Assembly: GCF_963921235.1 (NCBI RefSeq)
Contig: NW_026948140.1
Span: forward strand, 682,001-729,289
Direction of reading: 5' to 3'
Length of the DNA stretch: 47,289 bases
DNA from: Mobula hypostoma
Lineage: Eukaryota
Each line of letters starts with the position of its first letter. Positions within the stretch are counted from its first letter, which is position 1. Shown here piece by piece: positions 1 to 15,000 of this stretch. A program made the position numbers and the translations under genes. A model generated the notes under the pieces. That model searched no databases. It saw only the letters and a program-made list of their open reading frames with translations, and had not been told where the DNA came from.

Positions 1-3000
1 AAAGTCATGCTCTGAATCTCATGCCCTGAAACTCCTGCCCTGAAACGCCTGCCCTGAAACTGCTGCCCTGAATCTCATGCCCTGAAACTCCTGCCCTGAA
101 ACTCCTGCCCTGAAACTCATGCCCTGAATCTCCTGCCCTGAATCTCATGCCCTGAAACTCCTGCCCTGAATCTCATGCCCTGAAACTCATGCCCTGAATC
201 TCCTGCCCTGAAACTCATGCCCTGAATCTCATGCCCTGAAACTCCTGCCCTGAAACTGCTGCCCTGAATCTCATGCCCTGAAACCACAGCCCTGAATCTC
301 ATGCCCTGAATCTCCTGCCCTGAAACTCATGCCCTGAATCTCATGCCCTGAAACTCCTGCCCTGAATCTCCTGCCCTGAAACTCATGCCCTGAATCTCAT
401 GCCCTGAAACTCCTGCACTGAATCTCATGCCCTGAAACTAATGCCCTGAATCTCCTGCCCTGAATCTCAAGCCCTGAATCTCATGCCCTGAAACTCATGC
501 CCTGAAACTAAAGCCCTGAATCTCTTGCCCTGAAACTCCTGCCCTGAAACTCCTGCCCTGAATCTCCTGCCCTGAAACTCCTGCCCTGAATCTCCTGCCC
601 TGAAACTCATGCCCTGAATCTCATGCCCTGAAACTCCTGCCCTGAAACTCATGCCCTGAATCTCATGCCCTGAAACTCATGCCCTGAATCTCATGCCCTG
701 AAACTCATGCCCTGAAACTCCTGCCCTGAAACTGCTGCCCTGAATCTCAAGCCCTGAATCTAATGCTTGAAACTACTGCCCTGAATCTCCTGCTCTGAAA
801 CTCATGCCCTGAATCACATGCCCTGAAACTCCTGCCCTGAAACTCCTGCCCTGAATCTCATGCCTGAAACTCATGCCCTGAATCTCCTGCCCTGAATCTC
901 CTGCCCTGAAACTCCTGCCCTGAAACTCATGCTGAAACTCCTGCCCTGAAACTCCTGCCCTGAATCTCCTGCCCTGAAACTCCTGCCCTGAATCTCCTGC
1001 CCTGAAACTCATGCCCTGAATCTCATGCCCTGAAACTCCTGCCCTGAAACTCCTGCCCTGAAACTCATGCCCTGAATCTCATGCCCTGAAACTCCTGCCC
1101 TGAATCTCCTGCCCTGAAACTCATGCCCTGAATCTCATGCCCTGAAACTCATGCCCTGAATCTCATGCCCTGAAACTCCTGCCCTGAATCTCCTGCCCTG
1201 AAACTCATGCCCTGAATCTCATGCCCTGAAACTCCTGCCCTGAAACTCCTGCCCTGAAACTCATGCCCTGAATCTCATGCCCTGAAACTCCTGCCCTGAA
1301 ACTCCTGCCCTGAATCTCAAGCCCTGAAACTCATGCCCTGAATCTCATGCCCTGAAACTCCTGCCCTGAATCTCCTGCCCTGAAACTCATGCCCTGAATC
1401 TCATGCCCTGAAACTCCTGCCCTGAAACTCCTGCCCTGAATCTCATGCCCTGAAACTCCTGCCCTGAATCTCCTGCCCTGAATCTCCTGCCCTGAAACTC
1501 ATGCCCTGAATCTCTGCCCTGAAACTCCTGCCCTGAAACTCCTGCCCTGAATCTCATGCCCTGAAACTCCTGCCCTGAATCTCCTGCCCTGAAACTCATG
1601 CCCTGAATCTCATGCCCTGAAACTCCTGCCCTGAAACTCCTGCCCTGAAACTCATGCCCTGAATCTCATGCCCTGAAACTCATGCCCTGAAACTCCTGCC
1701 CTGAAACTCCTGCCCTGAATCTCAAGCCCTGAAACTCATGCCCTGAATCTCATGCCCTGAAACTAAAGCCCTGAATCTCCTGCCCTGAAACTCATGCCCT
1801 GAATCTCATGCCCTGAAACTCCTGCCCTGAAACTCCTGCCCTGAAACTCATGCCCTGAATCTCATGCCCTGAAACTCCTGCCCTGAATCTCATGCCCTGA
1901 AACTCCTGCCCTGAATCTCCTGCCCTGAAACTCATGCCCTGAATCTCATGCCCTGAAACTCCTGCCCTGAAACTCCTGCCCTGAAACTCATGCCCTGAAT
2001 CTCATGCCCTGAAACTCCTGCCCTGAAACGCCTGCCCTGAAACTGCTGCCCTGAATCTCATGCCCTGAAACTAATGCCCAGAATCTCCTGCCCTGAAACT
2101 CATGCCCTGAATCTCATGCCCTGAAACTCCTGCCCTGAAACTCCTGCCCTGAATCTCATGCCCTGAAACTCCTGCCCTGAATCTCATGCCCTGAATTGCA
2201 TGCCCTGAAACTCATGCCCTGAAACTCCTGCCCTGAAACTCCTGCCCTGAATCTCCTGCCCTGAAACTCATGCCCTGAATCTCATGCCCTGAAACTCCTG
2301 CCCTGAATCTCATGCCCTGAAACTCCTGCCCTGAATCTCATGCCCTGAAACTCATGCCCTGAAACTGCTGCCCTGAAACTCCTGCCCTGAAACTCCTGCC
2401 CTGAATCTCTTGTGCAGAAACTCCTGCACTGAAACTCCTGCCCTGAATCTCCTGCCCTGAAACTCCTGCCCTGAATCTCCTGCCCTGAAACTCATGCCCT
2501 GAATCTCATGCCCTGAAACTCCTGCCCTGAATCTCATGCCCTGAATCTCAAGCCCTGAAACTCATGCCCTGAATCTCATGCCCTGAAACTCCTGCCCTGA
2601 AACTCCTGCCCTGAAACTCATGCCCTGAATCTCATGCCCTGAAACTCATGCCCTGAAACTCCTGCCCTGAATCTCCTGCCCTGAAACTCATGCCCTGAAT
2701 CTCATGCCCTGAAACTCCTGCCCTGAAACTCCTGCCCTGAATCTCATGCCCTGAAACTCCTGCCCTGAAACTCCTGCCCTGAATCTCCTGCCCTGAAACT
2801 CCTGCCCTGAATCTCATGCCCTGAATCTCCTGCCCTGAAACTCCTGCCCTGAATCTCCTGCCCTGAAACTCCTGCCCTGAATCTCCTGCCCTGAAACTCA
2901 TGCCCTGAATCTCATGCCCTGAAACTCCTGCCCTGAAACTCCTGCCCTGAAACTCATGCCCTGAATCTCATGCCCTGAAACTTTTGCCCTGAAATTCCTG

Positions 3001-6000
3001 CCCTGAAACTGCTGCCCTGAATCTCAAGGCCTGAAACTACAGCCCTGAATCTCATGCCCTGAAACTAAAGCCCTGAATCTCCTGTCCTGAAACTCATGCC
3101 CTGAATCACATGCCCTGAAACTCCTGCCTGAAACTCCTACCCTGAAAGTGCTGCCCTGAATCTCAATCCAGGAAACCACAGCCCTGAATCACATGCCCTG
3201 AAACTCCTGCCCTGAACTCATGCCCTGAAACTCCTGCCCTGAATCTCATGCCCTGAAACTCCTGCCCTGAAACTCCTGCCCTGAAACTCATGCCCTGAAT
3301 CTCATGCCCTGAAACTCCTGCCCTGGAACTCCTGCCCTGAAACTGCTGCCCTGAATCTCAAGCCCTGAAACTACTGCCCTGAATCTCATGACTTGAAACT
3401 CCTTCTCTGAATCTCATGCCCTGAAACTCCTGCCCTGAAACTCATGCCCTGAATCTCATGCCCTGAATCTCCTGCCCTGAAACTCATGCCCTGAAATTCC
3501 TGCCCTGAAACTCATGCCCTGAATCACATGCCCTGAAACTCCTGCCCTGAATCTCCTGCCCTGAAACTCATGCCCTGAATCTCATGCCCTGAAACTCCTG
3601 CCCTGAAATTCCTGCCCTGAAACTGCTGCCCTGAATCTCAAGCCCTGAAACCACTGCCCTGAATCTCATGCCCTGAAACTCCTGCCCTGAATCTCCTGCC
3701 CTGAAACTCATGCCCTGAATCTCATGCCCTGAAACTCCTGCCCTGAAACTCCTGCCCTGAATCTCATGCCCTGAAACTCCTGCCCTGAAACTCCTGCCCT
3801 GAAACTCCTGCCCTGAATCTCATGCCCTGAAACTCCTGCCCTGAAACTCCTGCCCTAAATCTCATGCCCTGAATCTCATGCCCTGAATCTCCTGCCCTGG
3901 AACTCCTGCCCTGAAACTCCTGCCCTGAATCTCAAGCCCTGAAACTCATGCCCTGAATCTCATGCCCTGAAACTCCTGCCCTGAATCTCCTGCCCTGAAA
4001 CTCATGCCCTGAATCTCATGCCCTGAAACTCCTGCCCTGAATCTCATGCCCTGAAACTCATGCCCTGAATCTCCTGCCCTGAAACTCATGCCCTGAATCT
4101 CATGCCCTGAAACTCCTGCCCTGAATCTCCTGCCCTGAAACTCATGCCCTGAAACTCATGCCCTGAATCTCATGCCCTGAAACTCCTGCCCTGAATCTCC
4201 TGCCCTGAATCTCATGCCCTGAATCTCATGCCCTAAATCTCCTGCCCTGAAACTCATGCCCTGAATCTCATGCCCTGAAACTCCTGCCCTGAATCTCCTG
4301 CCCTGAAACTCATGCCCTGAATCTCATGCCCTGAAACTCATGCCCTGAATCTCATGCCCTGAAACTCCTGCCCTGAATCTCCTGCCCTGAATCTCATGCC
4401 CTGAATCTCATGCCCTGAATCTCCTGCCCTGAAACTCCTGCCCTGAATCTCAAACCCTGAAACTCCTGCCCTGAATCTCATGCCCTGAAACTCCTGCCCT
4501 GAATCTCCTGCCCTGAAACTCATGCCCTGAATCTCATGCCCTGAAACTCCTGCCCTGAAACTCCTGCCCTGAAACTCATGCCCTGAATCTCATGCCCTGA
4601 AACTCCTGCCCTGAAACTCCTGCCCTGAATCTCAAGCCCTGAATCTCCTGCCCTGAAACTCATGCCCTGAATCTCATGCCCTGAAACTCATGCCCTGAAT
4701 CTCCTGCCCTGAAACTCCTGCCCTGAATCTCCTGCCCTGAAACTCATGCCCTGAATCTCATGCCCTGAAACTCCTGCCCTGAAACTCCTGCCCTGAAACT
4801 CATGCCCTGAATCTCATGCCCTGAAACTCCTGCCCTGAATCTCCTGCCCTGAAACTCATGCCCTGAATCTCATGCCCTGAAACTCCTGCCCTGAATCTCA
4901 TGCCCTGAAACTCCTGCCCTGAAACTCCTGCCCTGAAACTCCTGCCCTGAATCTCATGCCCTGAAACTCATGCCCTGAAACTCCTGCCCTGAAACTCCTG
5001 CCCTGAAACTCCTGCCCTGAATCTCATGCCCTGAAACTCCTGCCCTGAAACTCATGCCCTGAATCTCATGCCCTGAAACTCCTGCCCTGAATCTCCTGCC
5101 CTGAAACTCATGCCCTGAATCTCATGCCCTGAAACTCCTGCCCTGAAACTCCTGCCCTGAAACTGCTGCCCTGAATCTCAAGCCCTGAAACTCCTGCCCT
5201 GAATCTCATGCCCTGAAACTAAAGCCCTGAATCTCCTGCCCTGAAACTCATGCCCTGAATCTCATGCCCTGAAACTCCTGCCCTGAATCTCCTGCCCTGA
5301 AACTCCTGCCCTGAAACTCCTGCCCTGAATCTCCTGCCCTGAAACTCCTGCCCTGAAACTCCTGCCCTGAAACTCATGCCCTGAATCTCATGCCCTGAAA
5401 CTCCTGCCCTGAAACTCATGCCCTGAATCTCATGCCCTGAAACTCCTGCCCTGAAATTCCTGCCCTGAAACTGCTGCCCTGAATCTCAAGCCCTGAAACT
5501 ACAGCCCTGAATCTCATGCCCTGAAACTCCTGCCCTGAATCTCCTGCCCTGAAACTCATGCCCTGAATCTCATGCCCTGAAACTCCTGCCCTGAAACTGC
5601 TGCCCTGAATCTCATGCCCTGAAACTCCTGCCCTGAATCTCATGCCCTGAAACTCCTGCCCTGAATCTCCTGCCCTGAAACTCATGCCCTGAATCTCATG
5701 CCCTGAAACTCCTGCCCTGAAACTCCTGCCCTGAAACTCATGCCCTGAATCTCATGCCCTGAAACTCCTGCCCTGAAACTCCTGCCCTGAAACTCATGCC
5801 CTGAATCTCCTGCCCTGAAACTCATGCCCTGAATCTCATGCCCTGAAACTCATGCCCTGAATCTCATGCCCTGAAACTCCTGCCCTGAAACTCATGCCCT
5901 GAAACTCATGCCCTGAAACTCCTGCCCTGAATCTCCTGCCCTGAAACTCATGCCCTGAATCTCATGCCCTGAAACTCCTGCCCTGAAACATTTGCCCTGA

Positions 6001-9000
6001 AACTCTCTTGCCCTGAATCTCATGCCCTGAAACTCCTGCCCTGAATCTCCTGCCCTGAAACTCATGCCCTGAATCTCATGCCCTGAAACTCCTGCCCTGA
6101 ATCTCATGCCCTGAAACTCCTGCCCTGAAACTCCTGCCCTGAAACTCCTGCCCTGAAACTCATGCCCTGAATCTCATGCCCTGAAACTCCTGCCCTGAAA
6201 CTCCTGCCCTGAAACTGCTGCCCTGAATCTCAAGCCCGGAAACTACAGCCCTGAATCTCATGCCCTGAAACTAAAGCCCTGAATCTCCTGCCCTGAAACT
6301 CATGCCCTGAATCTCATGCCCTGAAACTCCTGCCCTGAAACTCCTGCCCTGAAACTCCTGCCCTGAATCTCCTCAGAAAAACCTGAAACTCCTGCCCTGA
6401 ATCTCATGCCCTGAAACTGCTGCCCTGAATCTCCTGCCCTGAAACTGCTGCCCTGAATCTCCTGCCCTGAAACTCCTGCCCTGAATCTCATGCCCTGAAA
6501 CTGCTGCCCTGAATCTCTTGCCCTGAAAATCTCATGCCCTGAATCTCATGCCCTGAATCTCCTGCCCTGAAACTCATGCCCTGAATCTCCTGCCCTGAAA
6601 CTCCTGCCCTGAAACTCCTGCCCTGAATCTCCTGCCCTGAAACTCCTGCCCTGAATCTCCTGCCCTGAAACTCATGCCCTGAATCTCATGCCCTGAAACT
6701 CCTGCCCTGAAACTCATGCCCTGAATCTCATGCCCTGAAACTCCTGCCCTGAAACTCCTGCCCTGAAACTGCTGCCCTGAATCTCAAGCCCTGAAACTCC
6801 TGCCCTGAATCTCATGCCCTGAATCTCCGGCCCTAAATCTCCTGCCCTGAATCTCATGCCCTGAATCACATGCCCTGAAACTCCTGCCCTGAAACTCCTG
6901 CCCTGAATCTCCTGCCCTGAAACTCATGCCCTGAATCTCATGCCCTGAAACTACTGCCCTGAATCTCCTGCCCTGAAACTCATGCCCTGAATCTCATGCC
7001 CTGAAACTCCTGCCCTGAAACTCCTGCCCTGAAACTCATGCCCTGAATCTCATGCCCTGAAACTCCTGCCCTGAAACTCCTGCCCTGAATCTCATGCCCT
7101 GAATCTCATGCCCTGAAACTCATGCCCTGAATCTCATGCCTTGAAACTCCTGGTCTGAAACTCATGCCCTGAATCTCATGCCCTGAAACTCCTGCCCTGA
7201 ATCTCCTGCCCTGAAACTCATGCCCTGAATCTCATGCCCTGAAACTCCTGCCCTGAATCTCATGCCCTGAAACTCCTGCCCTGAATCTCATGCCCTGAAA
7301 CTCATGCCCTGAATCTCATGCCCTGAAACTCCTGCCCTGAAACTCATGCCCTGAAACTCATGCCCTGAATCTCATGCCCTGACTCTCATGCCCTGAAACT
7401 CCTGCCCTGAAACTCCTGCCCTGAATCTCCTGCCCTGAAACTCATGCCCTGAATCTCATGCCCTGAAACTCCTGCCCTGAATCTCCTGCCCTGAAACTCA
7501 TGCCCTGAATCTCATGCCCTGAAACTCCTGCCCTGAAACTCCTGCCCTGAAACTCCTGCCCTGAATCTCATGCCCTGAAACTCATGCCCTGAATCTCATG
7601 CCCTGAAACTCATGCCCTGAATCTCATGCCCTGAAACTCCTGCCCTGAATCTCCTGCCCTGAAACTCATGCCCTGAATCTCCTGCCCTGAAACTCATGCC
7701 CTGAATCTCATGCCCTGAAACTCATGCCCTGAATCTCATGCCCTGAAACTCCTGCCCTGAAACTCATGCCCTGAATCTCCTGCCCTGAAACTCCTGCCCT
7801 GAATCTCATGCCCTGAAACTCCTGCCCTGAATCTCCTGCCCTGAAACTCATGCCCTGAATCTCTGCCCTGAAACTCATGCCCTGAATCTCATGCCCTGAA
7901 ACTCCTGCCCTGAAACTCATGCCCTGAATCTCATGCCCTGAAACTCCTGCCCTGAATCTCCTGCCCTGAAACTCCTGCCCTGAAACTCCTGCCCTGAATC
8001 TCATGCCCTGAAACTCCTGCCCTGAATCTCCTGCCCTGAAACTCATGCCCTGAATCTCATGCCCTGAAACTCCTGCCCTGAATCTCATGCCCTGAAACTA
8101 ATGCCCTGAATCTCATGCCCTGAAACTCATGCCCTGAAACTCCTGCCCTGAAACTCATGCCCTGAAACTCATGCCCTGAAACTCCTCCTCTGAAACTCCT
8201 GCACTGAAACTCCTGCCCTGAATCTCCTGCCCTGAAACTTCTGCCCTGAATCTCCTGCCCTGAAACTCATGCCCTGAATCTCATGCCCTGAAACTCCTGC
8301 TCTGAATCTCATGCCCTGAATCTCATGCCCTGAAACTCATGCCCTGAATCTCATGCCATGAAACTCCTGCCCTGAAACTACTGCCCTAAATCTCATGCCC
8401 TGAATCTCATGCCCTGAAACTCCTGCCCTGAATCTCCTGCCCTGAAACTCATGCCCTGAATCACATGCCCCGAAACTCCTGCCCTGAAACTCCTGCCCTG
8501 AATCTCTTGTGCTGAAACTCCTGCACTGAAACTCCTGCCCTGAATCTCCTGCCCTGAAACTCCTGCCCTGAATCTCCTGCCCTGAAACTCATGCCCTGAA
8601 TCTCATGCCCTGAAACTCCTGCCCTGAAACTCCTGCCCTGAAACTCATTCCCTGAATCTCATGCCCTGAAACTCCTTCCCTGAAACTCCTGCCCTGAAAC
8701 TGCTGCCCTGAATCACAAGCCCGGAAACTACAGCCCTGAATCTCATGCTCTTTAACTAAAGCCCTGAATCTCATGCCCTGAAACTCCTGCCCTGAATCTC
8801 ATGCCCTGAAACTCCTGCCCTGAATCACATGCCCTGAATCTCAAACCAGGAAACCACAGCCCTGAATCTCATGCCCTGAAACTGCTGCCCTGAATCTCCT
8901 GCCCTGAAACTCATGCCCTGAATCTCATGCCCTGAAACTCCTGCCCTGAATCTCCTGCCCTGAAACTCATGCCCTGAATCTCATGCCCTGAAACTCCTGC

Positions 9001-12000
9001 CCTGAAACTCCTGCCCTGAAACTCATGCCCTGAATCTCATGCCCTGAAACTCCTGCCCTGAAACTCCTGCCCTGAAACTCCTGCCCTGAATCTCAAGCCC
9101 TGAATCTCATGCCCTGAAACTCATGCCCTGAAACTCCTGCCCTGAAACTCCTGCCCTGAATCTCATGCCCTGAAACTCCTGCCCTGAAACTCATGCCCTG
9201 AATCTCATGCCCTGAATCTCCTGCCCTGAAACTCATGCCCTGAATCTCCTGCCCTGAAACTCATGCCCTGAATCACATGCCCTGAAACCTCCTGCCCAGA
9301 AACTCATGCCCTGAATCTCATGCCCTGAAACACCAGCCCTGAAATTCCTGCCCTGAAACTGCTGCCCTGAATCACAAGCCCGGAAACTACAGCCCTGAAT
9401 CTCATGCTCTTTAACTAAAGCCCTGAATCTCATGCCCTGAAACTCATGCCCTGAATCTCATGCCCTGAAACTCCTGCCCTGAAACTCCTGCCCTGAATCT
9501 CCTGCCCTGAAACTCATGCCCTGAATCTCATGCCCTGAAACTCCTGCCCTGAATCTCCTGCCCTGAAACTCATGCCCTGAATCTCATGCCCTGAAACTCC
9601 TGCCCTGAATCTCCTGCCCTGAATCTCATGCCCTGAAATCTCATGCCCTGAATCTCCTGCCCTGAATCTCCTGCCCTGAAACTCCTGCCCTGAATCTCAT
9701 GCCCTGAAACTACTGCCCTGAATCTCATGCCCTGAAACTCCTGCCCTGAATCTCCTGCCCTGAAACTCATGCCCTGAATCACATGCCCTGAAACTCCTGC
9801 CCTGAAACTCCTGCCCTGAAACTGCTGCCCTGAATCTCAAGCCCTGAAACTCATGCCCTGAATCTCATGCCCTGAAACTAAAGCCCTGAATCTCCTGCCC
9901 TGAAACTCATGCCCTGAATCTCATGCCCTGAAACTCCTGCCCTGAAACTCCTGCCCTGAAACTCATGCCCTGAATCTCATGCCCTGAAACTCCTGCCCTG
10001 AAACTCCTGCCCTGAATCTCATGCCCTGAAACTCCTGCCCTGAAACTCCTGCCCTGAAACTCATGCCCTGAATCTCATGCCCTGAAACTCCTGCCCTGAA
10101 TCTCATGCCCTGAATCTCCTGCCCTGAAACTCATGCCCTGAATCTCATGCCCTGAATCTCCTGCCCTGAAACTCATGCCCTGAATCTCATGCCCTGAAAC
10201 TCCTGCCCTGAAACTCCTGCCCTGAAACTCATGCCCTGAATCTCAAGCCCTGAAACTCATGCCCTGAATCTCATGCCCTGAAACTCCTGCCCTGAATCTC
10301 CTGCCCTGAAACTCATGCCCTGAATCTCATGCCCTGAAACTCCTGCCCTGAAACTCCTGCCCTGAATCTCCTGCCCTGAAACTCATGCCCTGAATCTCAT
10401 GCCCTGAAACTCCTGCCCTGAAACTCCTGCCCTGAAACTCCTGCCCTGAATCTCATGCCCTGAAACTCCTGCCCTGAATCTCATGCCCTGAAACTCCTGC
10501 CCTGAATCTCCTGCCCTGAAACTCATGCCCTGAATCTCATGCCCTAAAACTCATGCCATGAATCTCATGCCTTGAAACTCCTGGTCTGAAACTGATGCCC
10601 TGAATCACATGCCCTGAAACTCCTGCCCTGAATCTCCTGCCCTGAAACTCATGCCCTGAATCTCATGCCCTGAAACTCCTGCCCTGAAACTCCTGCCCTG
10701 AAACTCTTGCCCTGAATCTCATGCCCTGAAACTCCTGCCCTGAATCTCCTGCCCTGAAACTCATGCCCTGAATCTCATGCCCTGAAACTCATGCCCTGAA
10801 TCTCATGCCCTGAAACTCCTGCCCTGAAACTCCTGCCCTGAAACTCCTGCCCTGAATCTCATGCCCTGAAACTCATGCCCTGAATCTCATGCCCTGAAAC
10901 TCCTGCCCTGAAACTCCTGCCCTGAAACTCATGCCCTGAATCTCATGCCCTGAAACTCATGCCCTGAATCTCATGCCCTGAAACTCATGCCCTGAATCTC
11001 ATGCCCTGAAACTCCTGCCCTGAATCTCATGCCCTGAAACTCCTGCCCTGAAACTCATGCCCTGAATCTCGTGCCCTGAAACTCATGCCCTGAATCTCAT
11101 GCCCTGAAACTCCTGCCCTGAAACTCATGCCCTGAATCTCCTGCCCTGAAACTCCTGCCCTGAATCTCATGCCCTGAAACTCATGCCCTGAATCTCATGC
11201 CCTGAAACTCCTGCCCTGAATCTCCTGCCCTGAAACTCATGCCCTGAATCTCATGCCCTGAAACTCCTGCCCTGAATCTCCTGCCCTGAAACTCATGCCC
11301 TGAATCTCATGCCCTGAAACTCCTGCCCTGAATCTCCTGCCCTGAAACTCCTGCCCTGAATCTCCTGCCCTGAAACTCATGCACTCAATCTCATGCCCTG
11401 AAACTAATGCCCTGAATCTCCTGCCCTGAAACTCACGCCCTGAATCTCATGCCCTGAAACTCCTGCCCTGAAACTCCTGCCCTGAAACTCCTGCCCTGAA
11501 ACTCATGCCCTGAATCTCATGCCCTGAAACTCCTGCCCTGAATCTCCTGCCCTGAAACTCATGCCCTGAATCTCATGCCCTGAAACTCCTGCCCTGAAAC
11601 TCCTGCCCTGAATCTCATGCCCTGAATCTCATGCCCTGAAACTCATGCCCTGAAACTCCTGCCCTGAAACTCCTGCCCTGAAACTCATGCCCTGAATCTC
11701 ATGCCCTGAAACTCCTGCCCTGAATCTCATGCCCTGAAACTGCTGCCCTGAATCTCCTGCCCTGAAACTCATGCCCTGAATCTCCTGCCCTGAAACTCAT
11801 GCCCTGAATCTCATGCCCTGAAACTCCTGCCCTGAAACTCCTGCCCTGAATCTCATGCCCTGAAACTCCTGCCCTGAATCTCCTGCCCTGAAACTCCTGC
11901 CCTGAAACTCATGCCCTGAAACTCCTGCCCTGAAACTCCTGCCCTGAATCTCCTGCCCTGAAACTCATGCCCTGAATCTCATGCCCTGAAACTCATGCCC

Positions 12001-15000
12001 TGAATCTCATGCCCTGAAACTCATGCCCTGAATCTCCTGCCCTGAATCTCCTGCCCTGAAACTCCTGCCCTGAAACTCATTCCCTGAAACTCCTGCCCTG
12101 AATCTCATGCCCTGAAACTCCTGCCCTGAAACTCCTGCCCTGAATCTCCTGCCCTGAAACTCCTGCCCTGAATCTCCTGCCCTGAAACTCATGCCCTGAA
12201 TCTCATGCCCTGAAACTCCTGCCCTGAAACTACTGCCCTAAATCTCATGCCCTGAAACTCATGCCCTGAATCTCATGCCCTGGAACTCCTGCCCTGAAAC
12301 TCCTGCCCTGAAACTACAGCCCTGAATCTCATGCCCTGAAACTCCTGCCCTGAATCTCCTGCCCTGAAACTCATGCCCTGAATCACATGCCCTGAAACTC
12401 CTGCCCTGAAACTCCTGCCCTGAATCTCATGCCCTGAAACTCCTGCCCTGAAACTCCTGCCCTGAATCTCCTGCCCTGAAACTCCTGCCCTGAATCTCCT
12501 GCCCTGAAACTCATGCCCTGAATCTCATGCCCTGAAACTCCTGCCCTGAAACTCCTGCCCTGAAACTCATGCCCTGAATCTCATGCCCTGAAACTCCTGC
12601 CCTGAATCTCATGCCCTGAAACTAATGCCCTGAATCTCATGCCCTGAAACTCATGCCCTGAATCTCATGCCCTGAAACTCCTGCCCTGAATCTCCTGCCC
12701 TGAAACTCCAGCCCTGAATCTCATGCCTTGAAACTACTGCCCTGAAACTCCAGCCCTGAATCTCAAACCCTGAAACCACAGCCCTGAAACTCAAGCCCTG
12801 AAACTCCTGTCCTGAGTATCCTGCCCTGAATCTCATGCCCTGAATCTCATGCCCTGAAACTCCTGCCCTGAAACTCCTGCCCTGAAACTCATGCCCTGAA
12901 TCTCATGCCCTGAAACTCCTGCCCTGAAACTCCTGCCCTGAAACTGCTGCCCTGAATCTCCTGCCCTGAAACTCATGCCCTGAATCTCATGCCCTGAAAC
13001 TCCTGCCCTGAATCTCATGCCCTGAAACTCATGCCCTGAATCTCATGCCCTGAAACTCCTGCCCTGAATCTCCTGCCCTGAAACTCATGCCCTGAATCTC
13101 ATGCCCTGAAACTCCTGCCCTGAATCTCATGCCCTGAAACTCCTGCACCTGCCCTGAAACTCCTGCCCTGAAACTCATGCCCTGAAACTCCTGCCCTGAA
13201 TCTCCTGCCCTGAAACTCATGCCCTGAAACTGCTGCCCTGAATCTCATGCCCTGAAACCACAGCCCTGAATCTCATGCCCTGAAACTCCTGCCCTGAATC
13301 TCCTGCCCTGAAACTCATGCCCTGAATCTCATGCCCTGAAACTCCTGCCCTGAAACTCCTGCCCTGAAACTCATGCCCTGAATCTCATGCCCTGAAACTC
13401 CTGCCCTGAATCTCCTGCCCTGAAACTCATGCCCTGAATCTCATGCCCTGAAACTCATGCCCTGAATCTCCTGCCCTGAAACTCATGCCCTGAATCTCAT
13501 GCCCTGAAACTCCTGCCCTGAATCTCCTGCCCTGAAACTCATGCCCTGAATCTCATGCCCTGAAACTCATGCCCTGAATCTCATGCCCTGAAACTCCTGC
13601 CCTGAATCTCATGCCCTGAAACTCCATCCCTTAAACTCATGCCCTGAATCTCCTGCCCTGAAACTCATGCACTCAATCTCATGCCCTGAAACTAATGCCC
13701 TGAATCTCCTGCCCTGAAACTCCTGCCCTGAATCTCCTGCCCTGAAACTCATGCCCTGAATCTCATGCCCTGAAACTCCTGCCCTGAAACTCCTGCCCTG
13801 AAACTCATGCCCTGAAACTCCTGCCCTGAAACTCCTGCCCTGAATCTCCTGCCCTGAAACTCATGCCCTGAATCTCATGCCCTGAAACTCCTGCCCTGAA
13901 TCTCCTGCCCTGAAACTCATGCCCTGAATCTCATGCCCTGAAACTCCTGCCCTGAATCTCATGCCCTGAAACTCCTGCCCTGAATCTCATGCCCTGAATC
14001 TCATGCCCTGAAACTCCTGCCCTGAATCTCCTGCCCTGAAACTCATGCCCTGAATCTCATGCCCTGAAACTCCTGCCCTGAAACTCATGCCCTGAATCTC
14101 ATGCCCTGAAACTCCTGCCCTGAATCTCCTGCCCTGAAACTCATGCCCTGAATCTCATGCCCTGAAACTCCTGCCCTGAAACTCCTGCCCTGAAACTCAT
14201 GCCCTGAATCTCATGCCCTGAAACTCCTGCCCTGAAACTGCTGCCCTGAATCTCAAGCCCTGAACACAGCCCTGAATCTCATGCCCTGAATCTCCTGCCC
14301 TGAAACTCCTGCACTGAAACTCATGCCCTGAATCACATGCCCTGAAACTCCTGCCTTGAAACTACTGCCCTGAATCTCTTGTGCTGAAACTCCTGCCCTG
14401 AAACTCCTGCCCTGAATCTCCTGCCCTGAAACTGCTGCCCTGAATCTCCTGCCCTGAAACTCATGCCCTGAATCTCATGCCCTGAAACTCCTGCCCTGAA
14501 ACTCCTGCCCTGAAACTCATGCCCTGAATCTCATGCCCTGAATCTCCGGCCCTGAAACTCCTGCCCAGAATCTCCAGCCCTGAAACTCCTGCCCTGAATC
14601 TCCTGCCCTGAAACTCATATCCTGAATCACATGCCCTGAAACTCATGCCCTGAATCTCCTGCCCTGAAACTCCTGCCCTGAAACTCCTGCCCTGAAACTC
14701 CTGCCCTGAATCTCCTGCCCTGAAACTCCTGCCCTGAATCTCAAGCCCTGAAACTCATGCCCTGAATCTCATGCCCTGAAACTCCTGCCCTGAATCTCCT
14801 GCCCTGAAACTCATGCCCTGAATCTCATGCCCTGAAACTCCTGCCCTGAAACTCCTGCCCTGAAACTCATGCCCTGAATCTCATGCCCTGAAACTCCTGC
14901 CCTGAAACTCCTGCCCTGAAACTGCTGCCCTGAAACTCAAGCCCTGAATCTCATGCCCTGAAACTCATGCCCTGAAACTCATGCCCTGAAACTCATGCCC

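Noticed and set aside
3853..3859. Canonical plant-type telomere repeat CCCTAAA
   Set aside because: It occurs only as isolated G->A variants within 14-bp monomers, never as tandem (CCCTAAA)n.
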